A DNA stretch of 64,000 bases from Syntrophorhabdaceae bacterium (lineage in GTDB: Bacteria; Desulfobacterota; Syntrophorhabdia; Syntrophorhabdales; Syntrophorhabdaceae): the NCBI GenBank assembly GCA_963665295.1, contig OY762209.1, positions 4,544,001 through 4,608,000 of the forward strand. The letters run 5' to 3'. Below, in pieces: positions 39,855 to 48,032 of the stretch. The notes under the pieces were generated by a model. It did no database searches. It was given only the letters and a program-made list of their open reading frames with translations, and was not told the DNA's origin. The first letter of the stretch is position 1; every line of letters starts with the position of its first letter. A program made the position numbers and the translations under genes.

Positions 39855-41411
39855 TCATAAGAACTCCTTCAGGGCACTGATAATATTATGCAGTCTCTCT
39901 TCCGTATTGAGCCTCAGGACACGGTAGTAAGGCAGTTCCTCCGGTTCCTCCATATCCGTGATCTGGCGTTCAAGAATGCCGACATGGGCATCCGACACAT
40001 CCAGACCGTCCTTCATTCTCCTTTCTATCCGCTCTCTGAGCACGTTTTCCCCGGCTATGCAGTGGACGAAGAAAGGGTTGAGCCCTTTATCCATACATGT
40101 TTCATAGAAATTCCGGCGTTGGTTCTTCTTGAGGAAGGTGGCATCCACCACCACCTTCTTCCCTTGCCGGACATTATGCACGGCCTTTTCAAGGAGGTCG
40201 CAATAGAGGTTCCGCGTGAGAGTGTCCGAATATATACCCTCTGCGAAGCCCGTGTACCTGTGTTCCTCCTTTTTCAAGCCTGACATGGCCTTCCTTATCT
40301 CGTCGGACCTCAGAATCAGCCAATCCGATGAAAAATCCCTGGCAATCGTCGATTTCCCCGAACCGGACAACCCCATAAAGACAACGGGGTTGAAGGGTCT
40401 CCTCGAATAGTCGAGGTAGTACTCGGCCAGATGGAAATACTCCCCGGCGTCTCTCAGGCTCTTCGTCTTCTCCGGCCCGTCGATCAATCCCCGGGCGCGA
40501 AATCCTTCCACTTTCCCCCTCACCACCGCACGGTATATCTTGTAGAATCTCAGAAGTTCCTCATCAAAGCTCGACTCATGATGCGCGAAGTAAGCCCTGG
40601 AGAACCTGGAGGATAAATCGAACCTCGCCCGGTATTCCATGTCCATGAAGAGGAAGGCGATATCCTCCAGGACATCTATAATCCTGAAAGACTCGTTGAA
40701 TTCGATGCAGTCGAAAATAATGGGAGGTTTCGTAAGGCATACGTGTTGGGTATGGAGGTCGCCGTGCCCTTCCCTCACGTATCCCGCTTTCTTTCTGGTC
40801 TGGAATCTCGCCCCCTTATCCGAGATGAACTCCTTCGTGTATGCGGCAAGGCGGTCATAAAATGCCGGTTCGATGGTGATGCCCCGAAAAGGCGCGATCT
40901 GTTCGAAATTCTCTTCTGTCGCCTTTCTTATCGTATCGAGGCTGCCCATTTTCGCCCCCCTGTAGACCCGCGCCTCCCTGTGAAAGAGGGCAAGCTTCCG
41001 GCCCACGGGCTCAAGCTCGCCGTAAAGCGGCTTTCCTTGTTCGATAAGGCCATAAAGCAGGCAGTCGAGGGCTATCCTCTTCATCTTCACTGCGTACTCT
41101 GCGATGCGGCTCCCCGGCACCGGGTCAAATGAATATTTGTCGCCTTTTCTGAAGATGGGCAGGACCCCGAGATACGTTTCCCCGGCAAGACGGGAGTTGA
41201 GTATCACTTCCTCCCTGCAAAAATAGTGACGCTTTCTCAAGGTAGTGAAATCCAAAAATCCGAAATCGACGGGCTTCTTGATCTTATACACGAAGCCGTC
41301 GCATAGGAATACGTGGGATATGTGAGTTTCCAGATGGATGACGTCGGGGGAAGGGTCCGGGTAGCTGACCGGATCAAGCATAAACTGGATTAGCCCTGGA
41401 TCGGTTTCCAT
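39855..41411 (-). CDS. Bifunctional aminoglycoside-phosphotransferase-like / P-loop kinase protein
   Basis: ETHIS, YKIKKPV, HGDLH, DCIEFN, then GLSGSGKST and SDA. Confidence 0.9.
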   Translation of the reverse strand: METDPGLIQFMLDPVSYPDPSPDVIHLETHISHVFLCDGFVYKIKKPVDFGFLDFTTLRKRHYFCREEVILNSRLAGETYLGVLPIFRKGDKYSFDPVPGSRIAEYAVKMKRIALDCLLYGLIEQGKPLYGELEPVGRKLALFHREARVYRGAKMGSLDTIRKATEENFEQIAPFRGITIEPAFYDRLAAYTKEFISDKGARFQTRKKAGYVREGHGDLHTQHVCLTKPPIIFDCIEFNESFRIIDVLEDIAFLFMDMEYRARFDLSSRFSRAYFAHHESSFDEELLRFYKIYRAVVRGKVEGFRARGLIDGPEKTKSLRDAGEYFHLAEYYLDYSRRPFNPVVFMGLSGSGKSTIARDFSSDWLILRSDEIRKAMSGLKKEEHRYTGFAEGIYSDTLTRNLYCDLLEKAVHNVRQGKKVVVDATFLKKNQRRNFYETCMDKGLNPFFVHCIAGENVLRERIERRMKDGLDVSDAHVGILERQITDMEEPEELPYYRVLRLNTEERLHNIISALKEFL

Positions 41412-41426
41412 GCCTTGTCTCTGCCT

Positions 41427-41455
41427 ATTATAAGGCTGAATCGTAGCCCAATCAA
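41427..41455 (-). promoter_or_regulatory. Sigma70 promoter
   Basis: TTGATT, 17 bp, TATAAT on the minus strand, 15 nt before ATG 41411. Confidence 0.7.
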
Positions 41456-41505
41456 GAAATCAAGTCCCGAAACCGCCGCCTGCTTTAGATTCTTCCCTTC
41501 GAGGT

Positions 41506-41715
41506 TTAAGAACTTTTCTTGGGCATTCTCTGTATATCCCAAACGCCTTCCGCTGTCAGTTCCTGCTCTTGCATTCTCCGCCGCCTGATAATCTCTTCCT
41601 GCAGGTAATCTATCTCGATATTTCTCTTGAAAAACGAGCAGTGGATGTGTCTCCCTCTATAAAGGCCGCACTCCACGCACTCACCCCCCGAAACGGGACA
41701 CGTAGTTCTTGCCAT
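41506..41715 (-). CDS. Small Cys-rich hypothetical protein
   Basis: RBS gaggt; CPVSGGECVECGLYRGRHIHC. Confidence 0.65.
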   Translation of the reverse strand: MARTTCPVSGGECVECGLYRGRHIHCSFFKRNIEIDYLQEEIIRRRRMQEQELTAEGVWDIQRMPKKSS

Positions 41716-42016
41716 ACCCACCTCTTAATCTTCTTCGAAACCCTTTGCGGTTCCGGTTATTATCCTGTGAGTGAGGGAAGCAGCCCTCCGGGCATCCCCG
41801 GCCGGTTCAGGAACCTGTTCCCACCCGTTTGATCATACCACATTTCCCGCCCAGATCAAAATCATTCCCTTCCGGCCGGCAGCGGATGCCGTTGGTCTGT
41901 CCCGATAAGGTTCGGCCGACAGGCCGTTGACAAGCGCGAATTGGATGCTATTAATATTCATAGGGGTTACGGGTAACGAGCGAGTCCCGACTTCTCTTGA
42001 AAAGGAGGTACCGTCT

Positions 42017-42475
42017 ATGCTGAAGCCCACAAAGATACTTGTACCGACAGACTTTTCCGAGTATTCGGACAAGGCGCTGAAGCAGGCCCTGGATATTGCG
42101 AAGGAGTATAATGCCAAGGTCTACGTCCTGCACGTGCTCGATCAGAAACTGCAAAGCACGATGACCGGTGACCATTCGGAGCTGGTGGTCAACCTTAATG
42201 AGATACAGAGGATGGAAAAGGACCTGATGAACAGGGCCCGGGAAAGGTTACACAAACAGATCGAACAGTTTACGGAGTGCAGGAGCGTTCAGTTGATCCA
42301 GAAAGTGGCAAATGGTATCCCTTACGAAGAAATACTCCGTGAGCAGGAAGACCTCGGCATTGACTTGATTGTGATTGCATCGCTCGGCAGGTCGGCAGTC
42401 GCCAAGTTCCTGATAGGCAGTGTGGCGAACAATGTCCTGAGGGGAGCGAAGTGCCCGGTGCTCCTCACGAAATAG
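42017..42475 (+). CDS. Universal stress protein
   Basis: KILVPTDFS, DLIVIASLGRS, GSVA…CPVL; RBS aaggagg. Confidence 0.93.
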   Translation: MLKPTKILVPTDFSEYSDKALKQALDIAKEYNAKVYVLHVLDQKLQSTMTGDHSELVVNLNEIQRMEKDLMNRARERLHKQIEQFTECRSVQLIQKVANGIPYEEILREQEDLGIDLIVIASLGRSAVAKFLIGSVANNVLRGAKCPVLLTK

Positions 42476-42500
42476 GCGCACCCTCTCCCCCGCGGAATAT

Positions 42501-42695
42501 CCATCCGTAACGGGGAGGTCCGCCCCCTTCGAACTCACGTGCTTCCGGATCGCCCGGGAGGCGCCGACCAATATTGTCCGCCATTCCAATGTAAAGAACG
42601 TGCGTGTAGGCTTGGAAAAGACCGATCGGGAATTCCATCTCAAGATGGAAGATATCCATGCCCGTTTCCCCCTGGAAGTGGCCGGCGACAAATAA
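42501..42695 (+). pseudogene. Remnant of a NarX/UhpB-type histidine kinase ATPase domain
   Basis: Startless frame reads ELTCFRIAREAPTNIVRHSNVKNVRVGLEKTDREFHLKMED|IHARFPL; N-box present, G1/G2 boxes missing. Confidence 0.7.
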
Positions 42696-42794
42696 ATCCC
42701 CTCCATACCGCTTCTTCCGGGGAACCCCTTAAGTCCTGTCACATATGAGCCGACAAAGGCTAGAGGGGACTTTTCCGCTCAAAAGGAGGATATT

Positions 42795-43202
42795 ATGGCA
42801 CTGATCGATTGGAACAGCAGTTTGAGTGTTAACGTGGCGGAAATCGACCTGCAACACCAAAGGCTTGTCGCTATGATCAACGAATTGAACGCCGCCATGA
42901 AACAGGGGAAAGGGAAGGATCTGCTGGGCAGGATTATCAACGACCTCTATAGGTATGCGGGAAACCACTTTCAAACCGAGGAAAAATACTTCGCCCTCTT
43001 CAAGTACCCTGACGCTGCCGGCCATAAGGCCAAGCATGAGGATTTCGTAAAAACGGTTTCCGAGTTCAAAAGCGGCTATGAGAGCGGCAAAGTGGCTTTG
43101 ACCGTGGAAATAATGACTTTCCTGAAGAACTGGCTGAAGGGCCATATCCAGGGAGATGACAGGAAATACGGTCCTTTCTTTAACGAAAAAGGCCTGAAAT
43201 GA
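42795..43202 (+). CDS. Bacteriohemerythrin
   Basis: W…IDLQHQ, HFQTEE, HKAKH, WLKGHIQGDD. Confidence 0.93.
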   Translation: MALIDWNSSLSVNVAEIDLQHQRLVAMINELNAAMKQGKGKDLLGRIINDLYRYAGNHFQTEEKYFALFKYPDAAGHKAKHEDFVKTVSEFKSGYESGKVALTVEIMTFLKNWLKGHIQGDDRKYGPFFNEKGLK

Positions 43203-43226
43203 CGAAGGGGATCACGCCCCGGCGGA

Positions 43227-44132
43227 CTAAAAACCTCCCCAGAGGTAATCCTCCCTGGGATTGGGGTATTCGTCCTCCAACCATCTCCTGACAGCCCGTT
43301 CCATGTATTGGAGTCTCGGCGAGACGATGCACTCCCCGGTCATGACATGGTATTCGAGGGAGCACGATTCTTTCTCTCCATGCCCTGCGGACACCACGAA
43401 TATGTCGCTCTCGTGCTTCATGGACCCCCGAATCCTTCTCACCCTGTCAAAATCCGTGACCTCGCCCCGGATGTGATACGCGGTTTTCCCTTCGTCCCTG
43501 TAAATCGTCCTGATGCAGCATTCAGGCAGGGGTTCGGGTTGAAACCCGGGCAGCATATCTTCTATCTGTTCGATAATCTCCGACCGGCATTGCCGCTCCG
43601 GCGCGGAGCCATCCCGCCATCTGCCTCTTTCCGGTTCGTAGAGGTGGCGTTTTCCATCGAAGAAGACCAGCACCTCGTAGATTTCCGCGTATTCGTCGTA
43701 ATCGTCCGCAAACACGGTAAGTCTCCTGCCCCGGACAAAGGCTGTCGCTTTGTGAGAGTAAAGATAAAAACCCTTTGCCGCCTTCGCCGCCTCATCGAGC
43801 GCCTCCCGGTACTCTCTGAATACCTCCGGCAGTCCGCCTCCCTCGAACATCTGCCCTACGAGGTGCCGACAGAGCCTGCGGGGATCGTCCAACCGATAGC
43901 CCGTCCTGTATCCGGTAAAATCGGGACACGAGCACGTAAGAGATGACCGGGCTTCCCGGTCCGGGGATTTTTGGCGGGAACCCCGTCCCGTCAGGACATA
44001 CAGACTATGGCCCATTCCTGACCAGCCACGCGAAACCCAGCCCTTCCTTGCGCCGGCGGGCAGCCTCCAGTAATCGTAGAGCACCCATACCACAAGGGCT
44101 GCTAAAGATATTACGACTAACGCGCCGCCCAT
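43227..44132 (-). CDS. Membrane-anchored hypothetical protein with a SWIM-like zinc finger
   Basis: N-terminal TM helix; CSCPDF…LCRHL (CxC-xn-CxH). Confidence 0.7.
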   Translation of the reverse strand: MGGALVVISLAALVVWVLYDYWRLPAGARKGWVSRGWSGMGHSLYVLTGRGSRQKSPDREARSSLTCSCPDFTGYRTGYRLDDPRRLCRHLVGQMFEGGGLPEVFREYREALDEAAKAAKGFYLYSHKATAFVRGRRLTVFADDYDEYAEIYEVLVFFDGKRHLYEPERGRWRDGSAPERQCRSEIIEQIEDMLPGFQPEPLPECCIRTIYRDEGKTAYHIRGEVTDFDRVRRIRGSMKHESDIFVVSAGHGEKESCSLEYHVMTGECIVSPRLQYMERAVRRWLEDEYPNPREDYLWGGF

Positions 44133-44458
44133 CTTGCCCCTGCCTCGACGGGCCCGGCGCGTGAATCATCGCGAAGGCTACCGGTCGCCGATTTTTTTGC
44201 GTGGAATAACCATAGTTTGTCTAATGTAAAATTGGATAATCCTATAAGAAAGCAGCGCGACATGCTCTTCTACTCCGCTTGGAGGCTTTACCGCTCTCCA
44301 CCCGCCGTCACTGCCCATGCGGCCTGACCTGGTCCGGAAAACCGGTATTGTCTCTTATAGAATGTTCTCATAAGACCGTGCCTTTGTCAACCCTTTTTGC
44401 CGCGAATAATGTGTTGTAATCCCCATTGATCTGTAATAGAATGACCGTCAATCGTCAT

Positions 44459-46615
44459 ATGGCAACCCACGCCCGCCCGAAGCTCCATAGGAAGAACGTC
44501 ACCAGGAACACGTTGTTTTGGTGTCTGGTCACCCTTTGCGTCGTGAGTTTTTTCCTGTCCCTCACATTCATTGCCGGCCACTTCTCCTATAAGCGCCGCA
44601 TCGCGGAAAATACCAGGAATCAGGCGATCTTTCAAACCGCCAAGGCAGCGGAAAATGTTAACGCCGCATTCGCGCGTCACATGTCAACGGCTAATGAAAT
44701 AGCGAAAGACCTCACCGAAGGCAGACTGTCCCGGGAAGAAGTCATGGCAAAGGTCAGGGATAAGGTAAACCGTAATCCCCACATACACGGCATTGCCATT
44801 GCCTATAAGCCCTATGCCTTCAGTCCGGGAACAAGGCTCCATGCGCCCTATTATTCGAGGAAGCTCGACAAACTCCAACTCATCGGGGTGGAGTCGCTCT
44901 ACGACTATACAAAGCCGGAATGCGATTGGTTCTCCTTGCCCCTTGAACAAGGCGCCTCCTGGATCGAGCCCTATTTCGGACAGGCCGGCGGCGCCCTCAT
45001 GACGACCTATTCCGTCCCTTTTCACAAGACCGACCCTGCGACCAACAGCAAGGTGCCCATCGGCGTGGTTGCCCTTGACATATCCCTCGACGAGGTAAAG
45101 AAGATAGTCGAGTCCATCGATCTGGGGTCCGGCGGATATGGGGCGGTGATATCAAAGAAAGGGATTTACCTGTACCACCCCAGCTACGAGTTCGTAAGGG
45201 ACCGAAAAACGGTCCGGGAAGTGGCGGCAAAATTCAACGATAGAGACCGGGTCCTCGCCGCCGAAAAGGCCCTGACCGGCGAAAGAGGGCTTATCGATCA
45301 CAAGAGCGTCACTACAGGATATTCCTCCTGGCTTGCATTCGAGCCCATACCCTCCACCAATTGGTCGCTTCACGGCACCTTCATCAAGGACGACGTGCCC
45401 GTCGATTTCGATGTTATGCGCCGGCAATTGATGCGCGTAGTCCTTGCATCGATGATCTTCTTCCTATCCCTCCTGTCCCTCGTTCTTAAGATCTACCAGG
45501 GGGATAACGGCAAGCTCTGGAAGGCGTCCGCCATAGGTTCGGCCATATTTCTGGCCGGCATAGGCCTTGTCTGGCAACTCGCCCTCTCCTACGACTCGGA
45601 CGTACAGGTCAAGGGAACAAAGATAGGGGCCCGGATCAACCTTGCCAACTTTGTCCACTCCTACGACAGGAAGTCGGTCGATGCCCAGGGGACTGCCCCT
45701 CTATACGTTCCCACGGGTATTTTCGTGCACTCCATGGAGTTCTCCGGAGTGAACAAACTCATGGTAAACGGGTTTATCTGGCAAAAGTATAACGACACCT
45801 TTACGGGGATCGAAAGAGGGTTCCTTCTCCCCGATGCGGTGGACGAGGCTGCCATCAAACAGGTATATTCCGGCAAGGCGGGTAATGCGACGGTAATCGG
45901 TTGGCATTTCTCCGCGACCCTTTACGAGCATTTTGACTACTCGAGTTACCCCGTAGACCATGAAACCATAAAGATACGCATAGCCCCTAAGGATATGGGC
46001 AAAAACGTGGTGTTCATCCCTGACCTCGATTCATACAAACTCTTGAGCCCCGGCGTTCTTCCCGGCCTGGATAAAGAATTCGTCCTTCCGGACTGGAAGA
46101 TCAAGGGCACCTTCTTCGAACTCAGATCGAGGGCCTATAATACCAATTTCGGGATCAAGAGCCATCTCGGACAGGACAGCTTTCCTATGCTCTACTTCAA
46201 TATCACCATAGTAAGAAACCTCATGGATGCGTTTATCCGCAATATGACGCCCCTCATTATCGTGGTTTTGCTTCTCTTCGCCGTAATGTTCATTTCCACC
46301 GAAGAAAGAATGTCCAAAAAGTTCTCCATGGACATCGGGGAAAATCTCGTCTTCGTAGGGTCGATGTTCTTTGTCCTGGTCTTTACCCATATCAGCACCA
46401 GGGCGAGGATTCCGACCCAGGAGATATTCTACCTTGAATACTTCTATTTCACCATGTATATCGCCCTTTTGTGGGTCCCTATAAGCTCCATCCTGTTCGT
46501 TACGGGCAGCAACATGTTTTATGTGCAATACAAGGATAACCTTATATCGAAGCTGCTGTACTGGCCCTTGATACTGGGCGGGCTCTTTGCCATCAGCTTC
46601 ATCACTTTCTACTGA
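44459..46615 (+). CDS. dCache sensor fused to a pentameric ligand-gated ion channel-like module
   Basis: TM + dCache (DWF…WIEPYF…MTTYSVPF…GVVALDISL), two TMs, then Pro-loop YPVD, PDWKI, pre-M1 IVRN and four TM helices. Confidence 0.8.
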   Translation: MATHARPKLHRKNVTRNTLFWCLVTLCVVSFFLSLTFIAGHFSYKRRIAENTRNQAIFQTAKAAENVNAAFARHMSTANEIAKDLTEGRLSREEVMAKVRDKVNRNPHIHGIAIAYKPYAFSPGTRLHAPYYSRKLDKLQLIGVESLYDYTKPECDWFSLPLEQGASWIEPYFGQAGGALMTTYSVPFHKTDPATNSKVPIGVVALDISLDEVKKIVESIDLGSGGYGAVISKKGIYLYHPSYEFVRDRKTVREVAAKFNDRDRVLAAEKALTGERGLIDHKSVTTGYSSWLAFEPIPSTNWSLHGTFIKDDVPVDFDVMRRQLMRVVLASMIFFLSLLSLVLKIYQGDNGKLWKASAIGSAIFLAGIGLVWQLALSYDSDVQVKGTKIGARINLANFVHSYDRKSVDAQGTAPLYVPTGIFVHSMEFSGVNKLMVNGFIWQKYNDTFTGIERGFLLPDAVDEAAIKQVYSGKAGNATVIGWHFSATLYEHFDYSSYPVDHETIKIRIAPKDMGKNVVFIPDLDSYKLLSPGVLPGLDKEFVLPDWKIKGTFFELRSRAYNTNFGIKSHLGQDSFPMLYFNITIVRNLMDAFIRNMTPLIIVVLLLFAVMFISTEERMSKKFSMDIGENLVFVGSMFFVLVFTHISTRARIPTQEIFYLEYFYFTMYIALLWVPISSILFVTGSNMFYVQYKDNLISKLLYWPLILGGLFAISFITFY

Positions 46616-46724
46616 CGGCACGGCGAAACACGGGCGGGTGCCTTCCCTTTTCCCGCTTTTGTCTCTATATTCACTCAGAGCCATAAGGAAGACAATCACG
46701 GCGTAATGCCCTGAAGGAGGAATC

Positions 46725-46922
46725 ATGAAAACAACGGAACTTACATTACCGGAACTCGCCGTCATAAGCGGCACCCGGGCGATGCTGGGCGCCGGCACGG
46801 CGCTGCTCCTCGGAGACAGTTTGAAGGAGGAGCAGAAGAAAGCGGTGGGGTGGACCCTATTGCTCATCGGCGCGATCAGCACAATCCCCCTCGCAATAGG
46901 CCTCTTTACGAGGAAGAGGTAA
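46725..46922 (+). CDS. Small two-TM hypothetical protein
   Basis: RBS aaggagg; GTRAMLGAG…GWTLLLIGAISTIP. Confidence 0.75.
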   Translation: MKTTELTLPELAVISGTRAMLGAGTALLLGDSLKEEQKKAVGWTLLLIGAISTIPLAIGLFTRKR

Positions 46923-46927
46923 CCACC

Positions 46928-47926
46928 CTATCTCATCGCGCCTCCGGGCGTCCAGAGATAATAGAAGCCGGGTTCAAAGGCGGGCGTGACTTCCGGGAGG
47001 TTCAATTCCACGGAGGATATGGCCGGTCCGTTGTATCCCGAGACTGAAGTGTTGTACACACTGTCGTTCGGATACTTCGCGCGGCGGTATACCACGACCT
47101 TTGCGTCCTTTGGCAATCCGGCCAGTTCCTTGGCTTCCAGGATAGCGTCTTTCACGTACCCTATCCTGTCAATGAGTCTCAATTGCAACGCCTCGTCGGC
47201 GAGGTAAATGCGGGCGCCCGCGATTTCGGTCATGGCCTCGGTACCGGTCTTTCTGTGCTCCGCCACCTTATCCCTGAACTTTTTGCCTAATGCGTCCGTC
47301 AGTCCCTGAAGAATCCGTTGCTCCTCCGGGGTGGACGGACGGAATGGTGACCCTATGTCCTTCTCTCTGCCCGACTTGCTCACTTCAACGGCGAGACCGA
47401 GCTTATCCATAAGGCCCTTCACTTTCGGCACCATGAAGATGACCCCCACCGATCCGGTAATACTGGTGGGGTGGGCCACAATCCGGTCCGCGGGCAGCGC
47501 AACGTAATAGCCCCCGGACGCCGCCACGTCCATGAGAACTGCCACTACCTTCGTTTTGGTCCGGACCTTGTATTCCATGATTTCATGATACAGAATATCG
47601 CTCGCCGTGGCGGAGCCGCCTGGTGAGTTGATTTCGAGGAGCACTGCCTTGATGTCTTCATCCTTCTCGGCAAGCCGGAGCGCCGCAACGATTTCTTCGA
47701 CGACGCTCGAATTGTCGCTCAGGAAACCCTTCCGCGGAGCATCCGAGAGAAAACCCCTCACAGGAATGACAAGGACCTTGCCCGCCCCTCTGCCTTCAAG
47801 GGTGTATTCCTTTAGGGGCTGCTTCTTGGATTCGGCCCCGATATTGACATGGAGACCACCACACCCGGCCCCGAAAAAGACTGTGCCCACTAATAAAAGG
47901 ATCAAAGAAAATCTCCGTTTTTCCAT
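46928..47926 (-). CDS. sppA: Signal peptide peptidase SppA (S49), probable lipoprotein
   Basis: INSPGGS, AASGGYY, TGSVGV, KSGREKD; lipobox-like GAGC. Confidence 0.92.
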   Translation of the reverse strand: MEKRRFSLILLLVGTVFFGAGCGGLHVNIGAESKKQPLKEYTLEGRGAGKVLVIPVRGFLSDAPRKGFLSDNSSVVEEIVAALRLAEKDEDIKAVLLEINSPGGSATASDILYHEIMEYKVRTKTKVVAVLMDVAASGGYYVALPADRIVAHPTSITGSVGVIFMVPKVKGLMDKLGLAVEVSKSGREKDIGSPFRPSTPEEQRILQGLTDALGKKFRDKVAEHRKTGTEAMTEIAGARIYLADEALQLRLIDRIGYVKDAILEAKELAGLPKDAKVVVYRRAKYPNDSVYNTSVSGYNGPAISSVELNLPEVTPAFEPGFYYLWTPGGAMR

Positions 47927-48032
47927 CCTGTCTCCTCCTTGCCCGTCCCCCGGGGTCACACCCTCCCCATCGGGACGCATCTCTAGATTATTTTCGGAGT
48001 GGTAAGCCTGTCAAGAAGAATCGCCGCCACTC

